NCBI GenBank assembly: GCA_964510165.1
Contig: CAZEBC010000095.1
Span: 1-12,566, forward strand
Direction: 5' to 3'
Source of the DNA: an uncultured bacterium
GTDB taxonomy: Bacteria; Abyssobacteria; SURF-5
DNA: 12,566 nucleotides
Part shown: positions 7,875 through 12,566 of the stretch, one piece after another
How positions within the stretch are numbered: the first letter of the stretch is position 1
Layout: each line of letters starts with the position of its first letter
Notes under the pieces: generated by a model
Databases searched by the model: none
Told to the model about the DNA's origin: nothing
The model's input: only the letters and a program-made list of their open reading frames with translations
Made by a program: the position numbers and the translations under genes

Positions 7875-8513
7875 ATGGCTGATCTGAGGAAGCTTTCCGA
7901 GGCCCTGCAAGAGGGGGACATGAATGAGGTGAAGAAACTGACGACCCAAGCCCTTCAGGAAGGACTCCCGCCGGAACGAATCCTTGCGGAAGGGCTTATC
8001 GCTGGCATGGACGTGGTTGGGGTGAAATTCAGGCGCAATGAGATGTACATTCCGGAGGTGCTGATCGCAGCGAGGGCCATGCATGCGGGCCTGAGCATCC
8101 TGGAGCCGAAACTGGCGGAGACGGGCGCCAAACCGGTCGGCAAGGTCGTCCTCGGCACGGTGAAAGGCGACCTGCACGACATCGGCAAGAACCTCGTCGG
8201 CATGATGCTGAGAGGCGCGGGATTCAAAGTGGTCGACTTGGGCATTGACGTCCCCGCGGAGAAATTCGTCGAGGGCGCCAAGGAGGAAGGGGTTCAGATT
8301 CTCGCGATGTCCGCTCTTCTTTCGACGACGATGCCGCGCCTGAGGGAGAACATAGCGGCGTTGCATGCTGCGGGACTCACCGGGAAAGTGAAGATCATGG
8401 TCGGAGGAGCGCCGGTTACGAAGCAATACGCGGATGAAATCGGGGCTGACGGATATGGAGCGGACGCGGCGGCGGCAGTTGATGTCGCGCGCGGGCTTCT
8501 CGGAGTATCCTGA
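7875..8513 (+). CDS. Cobalamin-binding corrinoid protein (MttC/MtbC/MtaC-like methyl carrier)
   Basis: N-terminal cap (GLIAGMDVVGVKF, YIPEVLIAARAM) and B12-binding DxHxxG motif (GDLHDIGKNLV), plus SALLSTT and VGGAP; strong SD AAGGAGG. Confidence 0.95.
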   Translation: MADLRKLSEALQEGDMNEVKKLTTQALQEGLPPERILAEGLIAGMDVVGVKFRRNEMYIPEVLIAARAMHAGLSILEPKLAETGAKPVGKVVLGTVKGDLHDIGKNLVGMMLRGAGFKVVDLGIDVPAEKFVEGAKEEGVQILAMSALLSTTMPRLRENIAALHAAGLTGKVKIMVGGAPVTKQYADEIGADGYGADAAAAVDVARGLLGVS

Positions 8514-8519
8514 ACCCAG

Positions 8520-8632
8520 GTCATTTCGAGGGAGGAACGCAGTTCCGTCCGAAGTAACCCCGGCATAGTTGGTCGCGGCGCTCTATCGAGATTGCTTCGT
8601 CATCCCGCTTTCGCGAGATTCCTCGCAATGAC
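8520..8632. repeat. GTCATT..CGAGG / CCTCGCAATGAC palindromic element (RPE-like structured repeat)
   Basis: Terminal inverted repeats GTCATTTCGAGG / CCTCGCAATGAC (11/12 match) and internal arms CGAAGTAACCCCG (8550-8562) / CGAGATTGCTTCG (8587-8599). This matches the widespread GTCATTGCGAG...GAAGCAATC...GATTGCTTC...CTCGCAATGAC architecture. Confidence 0.75.
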
Positions 8633-8690
8633 TCTCCTGAGAAAATGAGCGGATTTTCGGGTCTTGCAGTAGAAACGAGGTGGAACCACG

Positions 8691-9626
8691 ATGCCGGAAC
8701 GCATCATTCTGGACACGGACATAGGAACCGACGTGGATGACGCATACGCGGTCGCGTTTCTTGCAAACTCTCCTGAGGTTCAGATCGAAGCGGTCACAAC
8801 CGTCTGGGCGGACGCCGAGTTGCGCGCCCGGATCGTCAAGAAACTCTTGAATGCGTTGGGCAGGCCAGACGTGCCGGTCGCCGTCGGGGAGAGCTTCCCC
8901 TTGAATCCCGAGCGTCCCGCCTTCCTGATGGGACATGAGGGGCAGGGCATATTGGACGGCGGCGAGAAGCTCCGGCTTTCCGACACGCCCGCGTTGGAGA
9001 TGATCGAGTCGCTGCTGAAGGCATACCCCCGCCAACTCAAGGTTGTCCTCATTGGTCCGCAGACAAACCTCGGCAAGCTGCTCTCCAGAAGGCCGGAGCT
9101 TGCGACGCTCATCAAGGAGTTTGTTATTATGGGCGGGACTCCATTCTATGGGCCGAGGGAAATGAGGCTTTTTGGCGAGAAGCCGATCGACTACAATTTC
9201 ATGGCGGACCCTGAAGCCGCGCGAATCGTATTTGACTCAGGGGTTCCCATTACTATGGTCGGCTGCAATGTAACAATGCCCACGCTGCTCCGGCCGGAAC
9301 ATATGGAGCGTATCGGGCGCTGTAACACCCCGGCGACTGAGCTTTTGTATTCCATGACGGACGTATGGCTGAAGGTGATAGGCCAGAACGAGACCCCGAT
9401 GCACGATGCCCTCGCCTGTTCCGCGTTATTCACGCTCGAATTCCTGGACACCATGATGCTGAACGTGACCATCGAGACGAAGGGCGAGCTCACCTCGGGC
9501 CTCACGGTCGTGAACCGTTATAACAACGAGGAATGGAATAGGGTGAAGGTGGCGACAGACGTCAGGTCGAGGGAGTTTGTGGAATTCATGATGCAACGAA
9601 TCGTCGCCCGGAAGACTCTGTCATGA
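8691..9626 (+). CDS. Nucleoside hydrolase, inosine-uridine preferring family
   Basis: N-terminal Asp cluster IILDTDIGTDVDDAYA, IGPQTNL, IMGG, YNFMADPEAARIV and PMHDALA; SD GAGGTGG. Confidence 0.9.
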   Translation: MPERIILDTDIGTDVDDAYAVAFLANSPEVQIEAVTTVWADAELRARIVKKLLNALGRPDVPVAVGESFPLNPERPAFLMGHEGQGILDGGEKLRLSDTPALEMIESLLKAYPRQLKVVLIGPQTNLGKLLSRRPELATLIKEFVIMGGTPFYGPREMRLFGEKPIDYNFMADPEAARIVFDSGVPITMVGCNVTMPTLLRPEHMERIGRCNTPATELLYSMTDVWLKVIGQNETPMHDALACSALFTLEFLDTMMLNVTIETKGELTSGLTVVNRYNNEEWNRVKVATDVRSREFVEFMMQRIVARKTLS

Positions 9627-9674
9627 TGAAGATGCGGAAAGCGTTTCGCAATGTCATAAGAAAGGATTGAGCAC

Positions 9675-10733
9675 ATGAGAGTTTCGGACTTGCCAAAGCC
9701 ATCGCCGGATTTCACGCGGCTCCGCAACGTCATCACGGGCGAAGCGTTTCCCGACCGTCTGCCGCTTGTGGATTTGCTCGTCGACCAGCCAGTGAAGGAG
9801 CAGATACTCGGCCGCCGAACAGTTTCGGATTTCACCAATGATCCTGACGAGGCGCGTCAAAGGATTGATGATGAGATCGAATATCGCTACGTCCTGGGAT
9901 ACGATTACATTGATGTGTATCCCTTTGTGTACTTCGGGGCAAGCTATGCGATATCGGAGAGCAGCGAGCGCAACTGGATGTCCGAAGCTACGGCGGTGGT
10001 CAAGAATCGCGCCGATTTCGAGCAGAGGTTCTGGCCCGCCCCCGAAATGGTGGATTACTCCGTGCTGGAATACGCGGCTTCGCGCTTGCCCGACGGAATG
10101 ATGATGATCCCGCGCATATCCGGCGTCTTTGAGGGAGTCAGCCAACTGACCGGACTTGAAGGGCTGTCCTATCTGCTTGTTGACGATCCGACTCTTGTTG
10201 GCGAGATGTTTGACAAGGTGGGAAGCATCCTCCTTGCAGTTACCGAGAGATATGTGCAAATGGAGGGTGTGGGCGCCCTTTTTGTAGGGGACGACCTGGG
10301 CTTCAACACAGGTCCGCTCCTGTCTCCGAAACATTTCAGGAAATATGTTTTCCCGTGGCACAAGAGAATCAGTGAAGCGGCGCACGCTCAGAACGTGCCT
10401 TTTCTCCTGCATAGTTGCGGGAATATTGAGCTCATTATGGAAGACCTTATCGAGGATGTAGGAATTGATGCGAGGCATTCCTTTCAGGATGCGGTCGTTC
10501 CGATCGAAACGGCTGTGGAGCGCTATTCAGATCGCATCGCGCTTCTCGGGGGCGTGGATATGGACCTGCTCGCAAGAGGGACCGAGAAGGAAGTAAGGAA
10601 ACGCACAAGGGAAATCATTGAGAAGTGTGCCCCCACCGGCAGGTTTGCGCTTGGCGCCGGGAACAGCATCGCATCATACCTCAACATCGATAATTATCTG
10701 GCGATGCTCGATGAGGGGAGACGCAGCGCCTGA
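9675..10733 (+). CDS. Uroporphyrinogen decarboxylase-fold protein (MtaA/CmuA-like), third paralog
   Basis: Motifs LTGLEGLSYLL, GDDLGFNTG, LHSCGNI, LLGGVDMDLL and FALGAGNSI; 352 aa. Confidence 0.85.
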   Translation: MRVSDLPKPSPDFTRLRNVITGEAFPDRLPLVDLLVDQPVKEQILGRRTVSDFTNDPDEARQRIDDEIEYRYVLGYDYIDVYPFVYFGASYAISESSERNWMSEATAVVKNRADFEQRFWPAPEMVDYSVLEYAASRLPDGMMMIPRISGVFEGVSQLTGLEGLSYLLVDDPTLVGEMFDKVGSILLAVTERYVQMEGVGALFVGDDLGFNTGPLLSPKHFRKYVFPWHKRISEAAHAQNVPFLLHSCGNIELIMEDLIEDVGIDARHSFQDAVVPIETAVERYSDRIALLGGVDMDLLARGTEKEVRKRTREIIEKCAPTGRFALGAGNSIASYLNIDNYLAMLDEGRRSA

Positions 10734-10921
10734 GGATTGACCTCATCTTGTACGCTCGCGTATGAACTCACCGACTCGTTCAAAGACCCCACCAGCCTAT
10801 CCGCAAGAAACCAAAGAAGTCAAACGAAAGCGCGGCAAGGAGAATGCATTGGTAATGCCATGCGGGGTGATATATACTTTATATGGAGAATGTGTCTATA
10901 ATCTTGGAAGAAAGAAACTCC

Positions 10922-12205
10922 ATGTCCGTCAGCGCTCAACAACCTTTTCATATCATGGCCAAGCCTTGCGGCGCCATGTGCAATTTGGAATGCAAGTACT
11001 GTTTTTTCCTGAAGAAGGCCGACCTCTATCCCGGCAGCAACTTCAGGATGAGCGATGAGGTGCTTGAAAGCTATATAAGGCAGGTAATCGAGACGCACAG
11101 CGCGCCTCAGGTCATCATCGCCTGGCAGGGCGGCGAGCCGACACTGATGGGTCTGGATTTCTTCCGGAAGTCGATCGAGTGCGCGAGAAAGTATCAGACA
11201 CCCGGAACCACTATCCAGAATACGCTCCAGACGAACGGCGTACTCATTGACGACGCATGGTGTGAGTTCTTCCGGGAAAACAATTTCCTGATTGGTCTCA
11301 GCCTTGACGGACCGCGGGAACTGCATGACGCCTACCGAAAGGATAAGGGCGGCCGGTCGGTCTTCGACAAGGTCATGCGCGCCGCCCAGTTAATGCGGCG
11401 GCACGGGGTGGAGTTCAACATCCTCGCCACCGTCAACGCGGCCAATTCACAGCATCCAATCGAGGTGTACCAGTTCTTCCGAGACGAGGTCGGCGCTCAG
11501 TTTATCCAGTTCATCCCGATTGTTGAGCGCGAAGCGGAATCCGCGTTTGTTGAAAAAACCAGGGTGACGGACCGCTCGGTCAAACCGGAGCAGTATGGCC
11601 GGTTCCTAAACGCCATTTTCGACGAGTGGATGAAACGCGACGTCGGCCGGGTGTTCGTGAATCATTTCGATGCCGCGCTTGCGTCATGGGTGGGCGCTCC
11701 GCCGGCCCTGTGCACGACGTCGCCGACCTGCGGGTTCGCAATGGTCCTCGAACACAACGGCGACCTGTATTCGTGCGACCATTTTGTCGAGCCGGGCTAT
11801 CTTTTGGGCAATATTCTGGAGCGGCCCCTGGCCGAACTTGCGGCTTCCGCAAGGCAAACCAGGTTTGGGCAAGACAAGCGAGACACACTGCCTCGCTATT
11901 GCCGGGAGTGCGAGTTCCTGTCGGCCTGTCACGGCGAATGTCCGAAGAATCGTCTCTCGAAAACGCCCGACGGCGAGCCGGGCCTCAATTACCTCTGCGC
12001 CGGCTTCAAATCATTTTTCGCGCATATTGACCGACCGATGAGAATCATGGCGGAACTGCTGCGGCAGAAGAGGGCGCCCGCGGAAATCATGCAGATGCAT
12101 GCTCAGGAGGCTGCGCAAGCCCGCGCTACCGAAAAGACAGGGAGAAACGATCCATGCCCATGCGGAAGCGGCCTGAAGTTCAAGCGCTGCCACGGACGGG
12201 CGTAA
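10922..12205 (+). CDS. Anaerobic sulfatase-maturating enzyme (radical SAM + SPASM) with C-terminal SEC-C motif
   Basis: CNLECKYC radical SAM motif, WQGGEPTL, QTNG, SLDGP, SPASM cysteines (C-x5-C, YSCDH, CxxC-x5-C-x3-CP, YLC) and GRNDPCPCGSGLKFKRCHG. Start uncertain (10883, 10922 or later). Confidence 0.92.
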   Translation: MSVSAQQPFHIMAKPCGAMCNLECKYCFFLKKADLYPGSNFRMSDEVLESYIRQVIETHSAPQVIIAWQGGEPTLMGLDFFRKSIECARKYQTPGTTIQNTLQTNGVLIDDAWCEFFRENNFLIGLSLDGPRELHDAYRKDKGGRSVFDKVMRAAQLMRRHGVEFNILATVNAANSQHPIEVYQFFRDEVGAQFIQFIPIVEREAESAFVEKTRVTDRSVKPEQYGRFLNAIFDEWMKRDVGRVFVNHFDAALASWVGAPPALCTTSPTCGFAMVLEHNGDLYSCDHFVEPGYLLGNILERPLAELAASARQTRFGQDKRDTLPRYCRECEFLSACHGECPKNRLSKTPDGEPGLNYLCAGFKSFFAHIDRPMRIMAELLRQKRAPAEIMQMHAQEAAQARATEKTGRNDPCPCGSGLKFKRCHGRA

Positions 12206-12222
12206 CGAAACTGACAACCGCA

Positions 12223-12250
12223 TTGACAGGTAATCGTTAGTGGTGATAAC
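12223..12250 (+). promoter_or_regulatory. Possible promoter for hicB-hicA
   Basis: TTGACA at 12223-12228 with a weak -10 (GATAAC, 12245-12250) and a GAGGTG SD before TTG 12276. Confidence 0.35.
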
Positions 12251-12275
12251 CTTTTCAATGAAGAGGTGAGCGATT

Positions 12276-12527
12276 TTGAAGGGACAATATTCTTATACCG
12301 TCCTTTTTGAGCCGACTGAAGAGGGTGGCTACACTGTCACGGTTCCGGCCCTTCCGGGCCTGGTCACGGAAGGATGCACCCTTGAGGAAGCGCGCTCCAT
12401 GGCTATGGAAGCGATTCAGTGCCATCTTGAGAGTCTCCGCAAAGACGGTGAACCGATACCGGAAGATGTGAAAATTGAGCTGGAACCGGTAAAAGAGAAG
12501 GTCAGCGTTCATTTAGGGGCTGCATGA
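12276..12527 (+). CDS. hicB: HicB family antitoxin (short form)
   Basis: YTVLFEPTEEGGYTVTVPALPGLVTEGCTLEEARSMAMEAIQCHLESLRKDGEPIP matches the HicB N-terminal fold pattern; TTG start with SD GAGGTG. Confidence 0.88.
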   Translation: MKGQYSYTVLFEPTEEGGYTVTVPALPGLVTEGCTLEEARSMAMEAIQCHLESLRKDGEPIPEDVKIELEPVKEKVSVHLGAA

Positions 12528-12566
12528 GCCCGAAAATCCCCGCCATAACACCCCGCGAAGCTCTTG
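12524..12566 (+). CDS. hicA: Probable HicA family mRNA interferase toxin, 5' end only
   Basis: ATGA overlap with the hicB stop; N-terminus MSPKIPAITPREAL resembles HicA starts (M-P-K-x-P-x-x-S/T-x-R/K-E). Truncated by the window edge. Confidence 0.65.
   Translation, partial: MSPKIPAITPREAL

Noticed and set aside
6976-8513. Dihydropteroate synthase (folP) or split methionine synthase (metH)
   Set aside because: The GERIN and GLSNVSFGLP motifs indicate the methyltransferase branch of the pterin-binding fold, and no homocysteine-binding or SAM-reactivation domain gene is present.
6880-10478. Long antisense ORFs (6880..7839, 7545..8426, 9654..10478) and similar shadow ORFs elsewhere
   Set aside because: They lie opposite well-supported genes, have no recognisable motifs, and are expected in GC-rich coding DNA.
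3938-10733. Calling the URO-D-fold genes hemE (heme biosynthesis)
   Set aside because: They lack the HemE N-terminal RQAGR motif, carry H-x-C-G, and sit with corrinoid genes rather than tetrapyrrole genes.
10762-11058. 98-aa ORF upstream of and overlapping the radical SAM gene as a possible RiPP precursor peptide
   Set aside because: It overlaps the anSME gene out of frame, has no clear SD, and the enzyme looks like a standard sulfatase maturase.

Overview
Metabolic locus of roughly 55-60% GC (estimated by eye), probably from an anaerobic bacterium, with two divergent arms around an AT-rich control region (6789-6975). The minus arm reads TetR regulator, two URO-D/MtaA-CmuA-like proteins, rhaD, rhaB, rhaA and a further gene cut off at the left edge. 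The plus arm reads a pterin-binding corrinoid:THF methyltransferase (AcsE/MT2-like), a cobalamin-binding corrinoid protein, an IU-family nucleoside hydrolase, a third URO-D/MtaA-like protein, an anaerobic sulfatase-maturating radical SAM/SPASM enzyme with a SEC-C tail, and a hicB-hicA toxin-antitoxin pair cut off at the right edge. The most interesting signal is a corrinoid methyl-transfer module (three candidate MT1, one corrinoid protein, one MT2) physically interleaved with L-rhamnose catabolism and a nucleoside hydrolase. This suggests, as inference only, an anaerobic B12-dependent demethylation route for O-methylated sugars or methylated nucleosides. Several intergenic spaces carry palindromic REP/RPE-like elements of at least three types.
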